Shown in pieces: positions 1 to 13,162 of a stretch of 64,000 bases of DNA. The position numbers and the translations under genes were made by a program. The notes under the pieces were generated by a model that worked only from the letters and a program-made list of their open reading frames with translations, ran no database searches and had not been told where the DNA came from. The stretch is from Chrysomallon squamiferum (lineage: Eukaryota > Animalia > Mollusca), in NCBI GenBank assembly GCA_012295275.1, contig CM022670.1, positions 38,316,001 through 38,380,000 of the forward strand. Direction: 5' to 3'. Position 1 is the first letter of the stretch, and every line of letters starts with the position of its first letter.

Positions 1-2
1 AC

Positions 3-3000
3 CTGTGACATTTAAAAGTGAAGTTATCTTTTGGATTTGTTGGATTTACGTAATGAATGGCTACCCTCCCTTCAATACTTCCAAGAGCAAAACCTGTTGG
101 CATGTTAGTTTTCTTGTCTAAGAAAATACTCACACATCGATGCTGAAAAGAGATAAAAACACTAAATAATGAAAAGATAATGTAACCAGAATTCAAGCCT
201 TTCTGACCAGATCATGTCATAGTAACACAATGGAATCATATACAAAAGCATGAAATCTGAAGCACATCCATTAAGTAGGTTTGTTTGAATAACGTTTTAA
301 ATTTCCAATGTCATATCTTACAAAAAGGCAGTGTATGCTTTTGGACATATAACACCAATAACTATAAAAACTTTGAGCAGAAAAATATATGAAAAGGAAT
401 GAATTCTAAGAAACACACCTTTGATTTAATATACTAACAAAGGTGAAGAAGTGTCTGTTCTTGTTGTTATTAGTAAAGAGCAAATGGTTCAAAATTATAC
501 AAATACTGAAATATCAACTATAAATTATAATATCAAATATTTCAAACAACATACAGGTTTTTGGGTGTTTTTTTTTATATTACAGTTAAACATGTTTAGT
601 TCTCAGAATACTTTGGCACTTCCCAAAACTGAAAGTGTGTATAAAAAGTAAGGAGAGGTGCCACTTGTTTGCTGGTAGAAGAATTTAAAAAAATGTAATA
701 ATGAGTAATGTACGGCTGCCATCTGTTCATCCAATGAGTACTGATATAACTATGACATACAAAAAAAAAGACTGGAACTTTCTACAGAATATTTTTTAAT
801 GCATACATCCAAATACCATTACCTACAAGATTCTTGTGCAATAAAAACTACTGACCTGATATTTAAGTGGTGATTCGGTTCTTTTGAATTCCTGTGGCTG
901 GTTTTCTAGCTGATAAATAATCAAACCTCTGCCAGCTGTACCCACCACAGCCATAGGATATTTCTTAAAAATTAAAAAAAAACAAATTAAATTTAAAAAA
1001 AATGTTTTAAATTAAATGTTATTAAAATTTACAGTAATAAAAATTATTGAAATTATAAAGATAAATAGTCAGACAATTAGTAAATGAATTCAGTTACATT
1101 TTCTTAACCAAATAAGATGATTGTAAAGGTATGATTAATAAACATGTACTGAAGACAAGCACATATTTCTGTGTTTGTGATGATGTTGACAGCTAGTTAA
1201 CATTTTCTTTTAACCACTTGGGCCTGTGTCACTCAGCATGTGAGTGATGACACAGTTTGACTCCAGCGAGTCAGTGCTCATGAGTCTGAATTCATGATGT
1301 ACCAAAACAACCAGTGCATTCATTGCATGTTATTTACACAGTTAAACCCAAAAGAGCATAGACATGAGATTCACTTACTCAAACAAAAAATCAATATTTA
1401 TTAAAATAACTATGCAGGTGATGTCATAATCAGTAGTTCTCAACAGTGTGGTAAACTTTAAGGCACTGTAGGCACAATGGTTAGATGAGGACTGCACTCT
1501 GCCAAGGATTTTGCAGAGAGGTCTGCGTAATTTTACTGTCATCCAGTAGCGTTTCACACAATTCATGGCGACTGATGACTTGGTGAGTTGGTCTGATAAA
1601 TCCACTGTTTCCATCAGCTGTAGTCCAACAGAAGTGTGGGCTCTGTTACCAGATCACTATTCTATTTTTGTTTTATCAGATGGAATCTGCACACTGGCAT
1701 GCATGGTGGTCAGTGATCAGACATGTATCTTGTCTTACTATGATGTCAATGGCCAAGAACTACCCATGTAATGAATGTACTGGGCTAACTGTGACAGTGG
1801 AATGTCAGAATCATCACATGATGATGATGAAGATGAACCTCCAAAACATTTGTTAGACTCCTTGACCAAGTAATGGAAATAATTGTTAGATTCCCCCGAT
1901 GATTATAATAAATAGAATTCCAAAATCACATTGAATTTTGGCAGAGTAATTTAGAAGATTTTTTTTTTTTTCAAGTCTTTATATGCAGGCCCCCAAAAAA
2001 GACAAAACAAAGAAAACAAATAATAATAATATCAAAAACAAATTCATTATGTAATAGCACGTGCACGGATATTTTCAGTAGTGTACAGGCACACCATCTA
2101 CATGATCATTTCAGACTCCGATAGAATAAACACATAAACACACACACACACACACACACTGTAACATGCATTCAAATGCATTCTCACACACATTTGTCTG
2201 TCTATATGTATATGCATATGTAAGTATGTATAATGAAATTCATGGATGCTAGTGTACATACATATAACTTGATAAACATAACTTACAACATCTGCACAGT
2301 AGCATCTCTCTGGTAATTGTATATTCATTATTGGTGTAGAAGATCGAGTATCCCAAAACTACAAAACAAAAAATAATAACACAATAAAAACAAATAATAA
2401 TAAGACTCAAAATTTTAAAAATAAAGAATATCAAGTTAATGAAAAGCTTTTAAATGAAAAATAATATCTAAAATAATTCTAACCATTTCCTTTTGTAATA
2501 TTGTTAGTATCAAATACCTTGTTGCTTTTATCTTATTAAAGGATATAATATACACCATTTCAAAAACAAAAAAACAACAACAAACAAGACTGCACTTGTT
2601 AATCACTGATATTGTAAATTAAACCATTCATTTTAATATCAGAACGGCAAAGAGTGTATTAGAAAAGGTTTTCTGCTATTACAATATCACTGTATTATGA
2701 AATATAACATAAAAACAAACAAATTCAGTATTTTGTTTCTTAAATGTGATTTTAAAATGCCTCTCATACCTTCAGTGTTTTGTCCCAACTTCCGGTCATA
2801 AGACAACTGTATTGAGGTGCTTTTATCCAGTGAACAGTTCGTATTGGTGCATCATGCTGCAATGAAAATAAAAACCGTGTACAGTAATCAAGTGTGTGAA
2901 TAAATACAGTTTTATAAAATGATTAAAAACGAATTCAATGGAATAAAAACAAATTCATGAAGAATATGTATTCCGTATCATTTTATATGGCTTGTGTGTG

Positions 3001-4958
3001 TGTGTATGTGTGTGTGTGTGTGTGTGTGTTATTGACACTAGTCATAAAGGTATATCAAATTAAAAATATGCCAGTTCTTCAAGAATTTAAAATGTGTACC
3101 TGAGCAACTTGTACAAACTGATTACTGTTTAAATCCCACATTTTTGCTGTCCTGTCACATGATGCTGTGAAAACTTTGGTACCATCCTGTAGAACAAAAC
3201 ATTAATTAATAGTTAACATAGTGATTAACAAATTATGTTAAATATGTTTGCCATTACTTTCAATCAGCATACAAGTGGGAAAATATAAACAGCTTTAATA
3301 AATTGAAAAAAAAAAGATTTTGTTCATAAATAAGACAAATTAAAATGATTAACCATTCATCTTACTTAAAATGCTTCTAAATTATGCTATTTTTAAAGGC
3401 ATTTTTACTAAGTTTATTAAATATTTAAAATACTGGTGACTGTAGTTTTTATATTAAGTTTGACAGAAGAGAAAAATCATCTGGCTTCAGCAAGTAGCTG
3501 ATTACAGCCAGATGAAAAAATTTCAAATATAAACTTACATCACTCCAGTCGACATCAAGAACTGGTCCTGTGTGCGTCTGCTGAGCTTTCGGAATTGTTT
3601 GACCATTCTGCTGTACTTCCCAACATCGGACCTAAAAAGAATAAGAAACTGTATGTAACTATACATGCAGAAAACATCAGTGGTAGAATATTTAGTTTTA
3701 AGCCTTTCACAAATAACATCCCTATCTGTTCTTCTGCAGAAAAATAATAAATAACAAACACAAATAAATAAATTTTAAAAATTTAAAAAAAAAAAAAAAG
3801 GTTAAGAGACAAAAAAAACATAAAACATTATAACTAATTCTATACAAATTCTGAAAAATAAATATATCAATATCTGTATATTTAAGCATACCTTATTGAG
3901 AATAACATTAAAATCTTCAGAGTATGACCATAAATCGTGTATAATAAACAACTGATAACAAACAAAAATTAAAAAATCTTTTGGAGGATATTAACAATAT
4001 GTAAGATTAATAAAGAACATTTTATGTCACTCAACAGATGACTTCTGTACAGTTAATAAAACACTCACATTATTATCCCAGCTGCCTGCCACAAGGAATG
4101 TTGATTGTAAAACCCCTGGACTGAACTTGAGACAACTGACACTGTCATCTGGAGGCGATGCAACCTAAATTAATAACAATAAAAGAATAATGTATATTTA
4201 ACACCACTGCAGTACACTGCATGATTATTAAAAAAAAAATTAAAATTAAAATAATAATTATATTAAAAACCATTATCTTCATGTATCCCATTTTAATGTT
4301 AGAAATTCATTCACGTTTAATGTCAGTTATAAAGAATCATTCAGTTATTCTTTAAATTAAAAACTTTCATTGCATATCATTATTTAAACTACTTATGGGA
4401 AACTACATTTAATAGATCATTTTCTGCTGTATAAATAAAATAAGTAACTTTTTCATTACTGAAAGTCTTATTAAAAATATCATTAATGAATATCAATTAT
4501 ATTTTTTTTAATTGTTAATGAATTCAGAATCATTAAAACAAAATTTATTTCTTGTGCAAAAACAATGTATCTTATCAAAACAGTTTTTAAAATACAGAAT
4601 AATAAATATTTCTGACATTCAATGCATATGAGGCAATGAATAAATAACATTTGACTAAATTTGAAAATGATTTTTTATCTCTTTTTTTTTAAATATTAAT
4701 AAGGTTTAGCCCAGTTAGCAGACTCATCTGGTTCAAAGATGGTAAACATCTGGTGAAGATGTGGGCCATATTCTGGCCAGATAAATGTGCTAGCTCAGTT
4801 AAGGAAACATTTTTTTACTTAATTAAATGAAATAGTGGATACAAATTTATAATTACTTCTATGTCTTTCATAGGATTGTAATTAGTGCTGACTGCTGTGC
4901 TACCAAACATTGTAGAACTTGGTTGACCAAATGTACTGCTCCCACCAAAAATACTCAT
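3..4958 (-). CDS. RAE1: mRNA export factor RAE1/Gle2 (WD40), 5' part; gene continues beyond the left edge
   Basis: GT-AG exons on minus: 4958-4857 ([13 protein letters not shown]...NPMKDIE), 4164-4069 ([16 protein letters not shown]...AGSWDNN), 3631-3539 ([31 protein letters not shown]), 3186-3100 ([19 protein letters not shown]), 2856-2770 ([10 protein letters not shown]...TGSWDKTLK), 2358-2287 (FWDTRSS...[10 protein letters not shown]), 963-856 ([13 protein letters not shown]...SPLKYQ), 142-3 (HRCVSIF...[15 protein letters not shown]...DNFTFKCHR). All match RAE1 signature peptides and the phases are compatible. Confidence 0.96.
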
Positions 4959-5817
4959 TATGATTTTCTGAAAACTAGAAAAGATTAATGAAAATATAAT
5001 TCATGATCTCATATAGCAAGATCTAATTAATATAAAAAAATTAAATTTATAAAAACATTTTTTGGAATTACTAATAAGAAGTGTAGCAAAGAGTATTTCA
5101 GTATTCTTATTTGAAACGAACAATAATTATGGAAAACACTCCAAATTGTTTTCACTTATTTAATTTGGAAAAATTTGTTCAAGAGTTTATGATTTTTTAA
5201 TATACTTTAAAATCAGAAATGATTTAATAATATATTTATTTAGGTATATCAAACATTATCTGCAGCTCTAAATGTTTTCAACTGTTTTCAGATCATAAGG
5301 CTTAACACATATTTTTACACTATTTTCATTTCCACTTTTGAATTATACTATTTATAGTCAATACAAAATATTATGCCACTATTGTACCATAATGCACCAT
5401 TAATCTGAAATAAAACAGTATCTTTAATAATTAGTTTGTAAGTTATATATATGATGATGAATCAACTTATCAAAAAATAATGAATCTTATAAGAGGAATG
5501 AAATTATAAAACTTCTCTAAATATATATTTCTTTTTATTTTTTATTATTTTTATTTTTTTATATAAGGCTAAATCTATAATAAGGAAAATATATTTAAAA
5601 ACATCGTTCAGTATGAATGTGACTGAATCAGTAATTTTTTTAATTTATATTTAATATAAAAAACTTGTAGATAGACTGGATAGCCTAAGCCACAAAGGCG
5701 CAAGTCTTCAATTCCGTCACCATTTATTTAATGAATATTTTCAAATTCTGACAAACCTATTAATTCACATAATTAATAACTTATTTAACGGATAAAATTG
5801 ATTGATAAACATTTTAC

Positions 5818-6200
5818 CTGTTTAATATAAAACGCGAAAAATATTTTCTGTATTACATGTATAACACAATTTTCTAATAAAAAATAAAACAGCGCGTTCC
5901 TATTTCACTTTCAGAAGCACTGTGCGCTTGAAAATCTAGCATAGACTGGTTTACGTTCACACCATTTGCGATGTGTAATGTTTACACATTTCATGGGTAT
6001 TCTTAATAACTCTAGAGGTTTTTACTTTAATACATCTTTTTCCCTTTAAATGTCACATTTTATTCTCTGACACACGCAATTATGTAAAAGTGTAATATAT
6101 TTTTACAATGTTCCAGTGTTTATAAAAATAGAACATGATTTTAGGAAAACCAGTTGGCACCGGTAAATAAACGCAATAAACTAAGAATGGGCTTTCCTGG
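5818..6200. promoter_or_regulatory. Putative bidirectional promoter and non-coding first exons of RAE1 (-) and SelU (+)
   Basis: Locally CpG-enriched stretch between two divergent genes. Minus-strand donor CAG|GTAAAA at 5818/5817 and plus-strand donor TGG|GTATGT at 6200/6201 would end the two 5'UTR exons. Confidence 0.5.
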
Positions 6201-6438
6201 GTATGTAAATATAACTGTTTATTTTAAAAAAATAATTTTTAATTTATTTTATTTACATATTTATTAAAAAAATAATTACACATGAATAAACATATAATGT
6301 ATAAATGATATCAATTATTTGTTTCTGATTTGACATCGTTTTAAAAGAATATTAGTTTGAGTGTCTGTGTGTGTTATTACATCATGTCGAAGGACATTCT
6401 CTATCACGCACTAATGAAATTATTAATTTATTAATTTA

Positions 6439-6491
<53 letters not shown>
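6439..6491. repeat. (AAT)n microsatellite
   Basis: Direct trinucleotide run. Confidence 0.95.
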
Positions 6492-6493
<2 letters not shown>

Positions 6494-7413
6494 GCCATTA
6501 CATTTTTCTAAGTAATCTTGCAGTTTTGGTATATGCCTTGTCATCAGAAATTTAACAAATATATTTCGTTTAGCCGCTAATGAAATATATAGACATGGAG
6601 GCTATTATTAGTCTTAATATTATTTTGGGTTGCTTATTGCTAGTTTTAGGATGGTAGTCCAGGCTTGAAGATGAGCTGCATTGTTGAGTACACATGAAAG
6701 TTGTCAACTGTCATATCAGTTTTCACAGGAAGAGTACATTATTTCATACACATTTATTTTAGAGTCACGTTTAAACATAAAAACGAAGAAAATCATGTTT
6801 ACAGTAAATGGTTGAAGTTTCGTCTTCTTGGTTTTGACCATGTGCCTTATTTTTGCAAGGCCTTTTACCTTTGGATAATTTAAACATAATATTTTTCAAA
6901 TTTTTGTTCACATTTAGAGTTTCAGTTTTTTTGTTGTTTTAAATATGTCACAGAGCTATTTCTTAAGTGTTTTAAGTTATTACGGTCAATAATGGGGTTA
7001 TTAAAAAAAATAATAATAACTTTTTGAATTAACATTAATGGAACTGACACATATTTGTTTTAAATACATATTTTTTTAAATGAGAAAGAACTATAGTTTG
7101 TTTTTAGATCTAAACTGCATGATCACAGAACACATAGCATAGTATATTATTATTAATTAAAGACCATACATATTTCATGTGTTAGCATAAATGACTTAGT
7201 TATATACCCAAATAAACATTCAAGTTTTTGTTTTCTAAATTTTTATTACAGATGAATTGAAACCAAAATAGTGCAAACACATCTTAGTCTTAATTAGTTT
7301 TGAGGGAAATCAGACGATGTTGGATTTTGAAATCATGAACAGTTTTTAGTCTCAGCAGTATTCCTGATTTCAGGATATCCTTTCAACTAGTGATTGTTTA
7401 CTATCACAGAATC

Positions 7414-8890
7414 ATGATGAGTAATACAATTTTATCATTTTCTCTGAAAAGAAGTATTTATCTGAGACCTGTTTCACTATGTAAGCTCTTGTCAACGTCT
7501 CCCAAAAGCAAAGTGACAGCAGAAGAACAACTTGCAACCAACAATCCATTTGAACCTCTTGCAACAGAGATCATCGATGTTCGAACATCTGATGAATTTC
7601 TTGAAGATCACATACCTGGTGCCATTAATCTCCCTGTCCTTAACAACAAAGAAAGACATGAGGTTGGCAAACTTTACAGTGAGATGCCTTTTGAAGCTCG
7701 CAAAACTGGAGCACAAATCATATCTCACAATATTGGTTCTCACATAGAGCAATATTTTCAAGCCAAAGGACAGGAATATTGCCCACTTATTTACTGCTGG
7801 AGAGGAGGTCAGAGATCGCGGAGTTTAGCTATTGTGCTCTCACAGATAGGCTTCAAGGTTTATTTACTGAATGGTGGGTACAAGACGTACCGGAAAAAAG
7901 TTATTGAGGATCTTAGAGAATTGCCAAAGCAGTTTGAGTTCAGAGTTATTTCAGGTATGTGTGTGTGTTTGTGTGTGTTAATTTATGTATCAAAATCCTA
8001 ACTAATGTGTTTTTTCATACTGCATACCTATCTATCTCTCTATCTATCTATCTTTCTATCTATATACATGCAGTATGAAAAAATAACACATTTTTTTTTA
8101 TATGTTGATGAAACTACTATTGTCTATAATGTATTTTAGTATAAGATTTTAAGATAGTAACAAAAATATAATTATTTAATTTAATCTGAATTTATCTAAT
8201 CCAGATATCACATGTATTTCCCGTCATCTGAATTCTGAATTAATCAAATCTAAAATGGTCAAAACATTTTGCCTTACATTTCCAGGACTAACAGGCACAG
8301 GTAAAACTTTGATTCTTCACAAGCTCAGAGAAATGGGAGAGCAAGTTTTGGACCTGGAAGGAGCTGCCCACCACAAAGGATCTCTGCTTGGTCTTTGGCA
8401 TGGAGATCAACAGCCTTCCCAGAAATACTGGGAATCCGTTATCAGAAAAGAACTTGTGGGTTTTCAGACAAGCAGACCTGTGTGGGTGGAGTCAGAGAGT
8501 CGACGGATTGGCAACTGTACGATTCCTGAAGAATTGTTTGATAGGTTGTGTCAGTCACCAAGGAACGAAATTGTTCTTCCTGTAGAGGAACGAGTGAAAC
8601 ACATCATTAGGGACTATCCAAACTGGATTGATGATGTGGAGAACCTGTGCCAGATTCTGTGGGCCCTTCGACCGCATATAGGTGAGAAAAACGCAAAGGA
8701 ATGGTGCAGTTTAGCGAAACAGGAAAAATGGGAAGAGTTTGTAGAAAAGTTGTTGGTGGAACATTATGACAGATCATACAACTTTTCTCAGAAGAAAAAT
8801 AGAAAACACCAGACAGTCGAGAAACACAGTTTAAAAGATCTTTCTGATCAGTCATTGAATATTTTGATGGAAAACCTTTTGAAAAGATAG
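7414..8890 (+). CDS. selU: tRNA 2-selenouridine(34) synthase SelU/MnmH (rhodanese + P-loop), 381 aa, two coding exons
   Basis: Exon 7414-7954 plus exon 8286-8890, with a phase-1 GT-AG intron at 7955-8285. Motifs: IIDVRTSDEFLEDHIPGAINLPVL, ERHEVGKLY, YCWRGGQRS (rhodanese Cys), LLNGGYKTYR, spliced P-loop VISG|LTGTGKT, VLDLEGAAHHKGSLLG, QPSQKYWES, VWVESESRRIG, LLVEHYD. These are collinear with bacterial MnmH. Confidence 0.95.
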
Positions 8891-10522
8891 CATTAAAATT
8901 AAAGAAGTAAATGTTGCCATAACAGAAGTGTGATACTGTTTGTCAATTCAGAAGTAACAAACAGATAAAGTTAAAGTGTTTAAGTATACTGGCTTATTTC
9001 CCTGATTGATTCAGCAAGAAAAAAGTAAATATAAAACAATATTTAATCTTCAAGAAGTAATAATATACAGTTGGAAATTCATGCAGCTTTCAAAGCACAT
9101 TTGAAAGCTGCTTGAATTGACCCCTTGCAAGCATCCATATCTATTTAACTGTTACTGGTTCTTTATTATTAAAACAAATATTAGATTTGAATGTCTACAA
9201 AAAGAAAGAAGCTTTAAGCAATTTCTTCATAATAATCAGTTAATTATAAGATGACCAAAAAGGGAAAACAAAAAAAGAAGAAAGATCTTATATGGAATAA
9301 AATTTTGTGATATGCCTTCCACAAATTCCAGAATTATTATTTTTTGAAATCCAAATAGTAGTTAATATTTTTAAAAATTCAAACAGAATCTAACTGACAG
9401 ATTTTTGAATTTAGTGAAGAACATACATTTAAAAAAAAAAATCTTTCATCCAGTTTGTTTCTTATTTGAGAGGTAGTAAACACAAACACAGATGTACACA
9501 CAAAAAACAAAAACCATATAATATATATAAAATTTATGCTAAAATCTCTTGAATACAAAAACAAGACACAAATTTTATACATTACTAGAGTTTTAATTAC
9601 TAGTGTGATATGATATTTTATATAATGATATTTTATATAATTTATGTTTTATATAATGAAAATATAAAATATCCAAAACTATATTTAACACTGAATAAAA
9701 CTGATTAATTTTCTTAATACTGGATGCAAAAATATATAAATAAAAAACCAAAACCAAAAGAACAATATTTAAAGTAATATGTGAACAGTGAACAAGTAAA
9801 TTATAAAGCTTTTTCCACAATATGATTTAAATAAATTAGGATAAAATAATCTAAGGCTAAATGAAATAATACAGAATAATAATAATTAAAAAAAAAAAAA
9901 AAAAAAAAAATCTTTGAAAATGTAACAAGTCAAAAGACTTGCAGTTTAAAAAAGAAAAGAAATGTTTGTAAAAAAAATAAAAAAAATAAAATGAACAATC
10001 GTTTTAAGGAATATTGAACAATTAAACTAAATTTTTTATATCAGTTATGGATTTAATATGTAACAAAATAAAACTGAAACACTTTTGTAAAATTTAGTAG
10101 ATAAATGATTTTAAAAAACCCAAAATAAATGAGAACCCCCCTCAAATTTAAAGGAAACATATATTTGACTAGGATATTACATCTTATTATAGAAATTTAA
10201 AATTGTATTAAAAAGAAATTAATATCTTCCTTTTGTAAATTAAAAAAATAATATATATAACGAAATTAATCTGCTTAGAATCATTAACTTTTTTGAGAAA
10301 TGTTAAGTTTTTCTTCCTTTGTCTTTTAAAGCATCATGTTGAAGAAAAGTACAGTCTATTTTTCACTCATTTACTATTAAGTCCTCTTTGCTTTTTATTG
10401 TTATCCATTCACCGATCTTTGTCAGACTGTTATTCAAATTTGTATTGCTTCATCTAGAATCTAGTTTTATAATTTGGCTGTCAGCAAACTGAGGAAAAAT
10501 ACAGTTCTGAAGTTGGCCAGAA

Positions 10523-13103
10523 CTAAAGTCTTTGAAACGGTAATGTCTGTTTGAAAACATATCCCTTCTGGATCATTGTTGTCAAAATGTTTGCAATATT
10601 CTTCGAGTCGTCTGAAAGAAAACAATAAGAAATATCTAATGGTATGTATCTATAACAAATATTACTGTCTACACAGGGTGCATCCTTATGAAAGGATAGC
10701 ACCGTTTTTGTTATGGATGCAACTTTCAAGACCAAATAGAATTTAAAAAGAAACAAAACTTCGGTCAGACAAAAATAAGTAAAATGTCACCGTGCTGAAG
10801 TGAAATATACAAGTCAAAAAATGAATAACATACTTATTAAGTAGGGTTCAAATTTTATGTCTTTCCAAGTGTTTATATTACATTTTTAGAATCTTAGCAG
10901 AAGCACTGAATACTACAAAATATTATAATATAAAATATATACCTATTCCACTGTGATACCTGCCTTGATGAGGAATATGCAGCTTACTTAACATGAACAT
11001 CATGCCTTTGGGAAAAACACCTGTGAAGTCTGCAAAAGACTGTAAAAAAAAAAAAAAAAAAACCATTAAAATGTTTGAGATAACAAAAGTTAATTAATAA
11101 AGAAAATAATAAATAGTCAGATGCAGAATTTTTTTTTTTATCAGAATTATAATATTTTCTAGAGTTTTTCAATTTAATCATTTAAAGTCTGAGAAATAAT
11201 ATTAAATATTTAAACTGATAAAATGGATGCTACACAGAAATCTATATATTGCTGTTCCATGGATATATATAGACAAAAATAATGTGCTTAATTAGTTGTT
11301 ACACAGTTAATGAACAGGCTTTTATATGCTGAAGATTTTGGACCTCAAAATAATCCACTTAAGGATATAAAATTTTGTCTATGTATGATTCAGATATTAA
11401 TATGTATGTAAGACTGATACATAATGTATACTGCAAAAATAACGAAAGAGTATAAATATAAATAAACCACAGAATACTTGATATTTGAGTATATGAATAA
11501 ATAATTACCTTCTTGATGTTTATCCACTTTGAAAAAATTTTGTTTGGTTTAATGTTGAAATATCTACACTGACTTGGTAACCTGGAAAGTGTAATTTATG
11601 TATACATATTTTGTTAAAATAATTTACACAGACATAAATGTGTGTGTATATATATATATATATATATAACACAAACACACACAAACACAAACATGCACAT
11701 CTGTTAAAATTACTGTATGAAAACATTAGTCAGAGGTTCACAATTAAAATTAATATTTATATCTTATTAATTTTAAATGCTGTCAAATAACATTAACAAG
11801 TGTTAATGTAACTGGATAACAAGGCATTTTGATAAACAATGTAACCGTAACATATTTACTTCAAATTGTTTCTTTCAACTCGTATTAATGAAAATCTGTT
11901 CAGGACAGATATTTTTCCAATAATTAAACTTTTTATTCTGAGCTATAACAAAATAAGTATTAATACAAAATAAATATTTTTTGCAGTGAGATAATAAAAG
12001 GTAAACATTTGCTGCTTACATTGTTTTAAGATCCCAGTCTCCACAAGTAACAAATATGGATGAGACACCCTCATCTAACAGTCCTTCATCCTTCAACCAC
12101 TGATCAAAACTCTACAATACAGTAGTTTAAAAATGTTACTCCTCTCTCTGGCTGTCTGTCTCTCTCATACATAGCTTTATATGTATATATATACAGATGC
12201 ATGTCTTTCTGTCTCTGTCTCTGTCTCTGTCTCTGTTTTATATGTTTATACATATAGATGTGTGTCTTTCTGTCTCTGTCTGTCTCCCTCTATCTCTCTC
12301 TCACAGCTTTATATGTATATAAATATACATATTTGTTTGTGTGTCTCTCTCTCTCTCTAAACACAATTATCATACATGTTTGTATGACTTAAGTATAAAA
12401 TATTTTAAAGTAAACCTTTTAAATTAAAAGAATTCTAAATGTTTTTAGGTATGGACTGAATACGCAAAATAAAATTTAAATTGTTTAGATTTACAGACTA
12501 CTGTTATGGTAGACATTGATGGATTAATATTAATTTAGTTAGTTTTAAAATGTAATTGTAAAATGTTACTGAAATAAGTCTTGATTTATTTTTTATTATC
12601 TCAAAACAAAAACATTTTTTCAAAGAAAGTTCAGGCACTTCAGAAAAGTTTTGAAAAAGAAAACATTTTGTATCTGAATATCTAATATCTTTGAAGACAT
12701 TTGCTGATATTTTTAATATTAAAATTCATAAGCTGCAATGTATGAGCTAAGTAAATTGCTGGTACCTTTAGTGTCTCTTCCAAATGTGGTTTACCATCAA
12801 TCATGTCTTGAATGATTCCAGTGAGCTGAATGTAATAATATAACAGAATTATGTTGATCATAGAGTTAATTATTAATTTTACAAAAATAAAAACAAAACA
12901 AAAAATCTAATAATTTTAGTAAATTTAAAGATAGTTCAACAGAATAATGAATGAAAGTCTGAAAAAAAAATGGTATTTAATTTTTTAATTAAAAAATGAC
13001 ACAAGATAAATTATAAGTTAAAAAATAAAAAATAAGAAAAACAATATTAATAAATAATGATAATAATAAGAACAATAACAATAATCATAATTATAAAAAT
13101 GAC

Positions 13104-13162
<59 letters not shown>

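Noticed and set aside
1180-1860. GC-richer RAE1 intron segment with short ORFs and TGATGA/CTGA motifs (snoRNA or gene?)
   Set aside because: The box-like motifs I noticed are on the strand opposite the host gene and I saw no terminal stem. The ORFs are short and unrecognisable; at most a decayed transposon fragment.
7390-8890. SelU as bacterial contamination, or as two separate ORFs (split archaeal-type gene)
   Set aside because: A canonical GT-AG intron containing microsatellites joins the two ORFs in frame through the P-loop, and the flanks are continuous animal DNA.
7414-9400. SelU as a selenoprotein with a SECIS
   Set aside because: No in-frame TGA, the rhodanese Cys is TGC, the stop is TAG, and the 3' hairpin lacks SECIS features.
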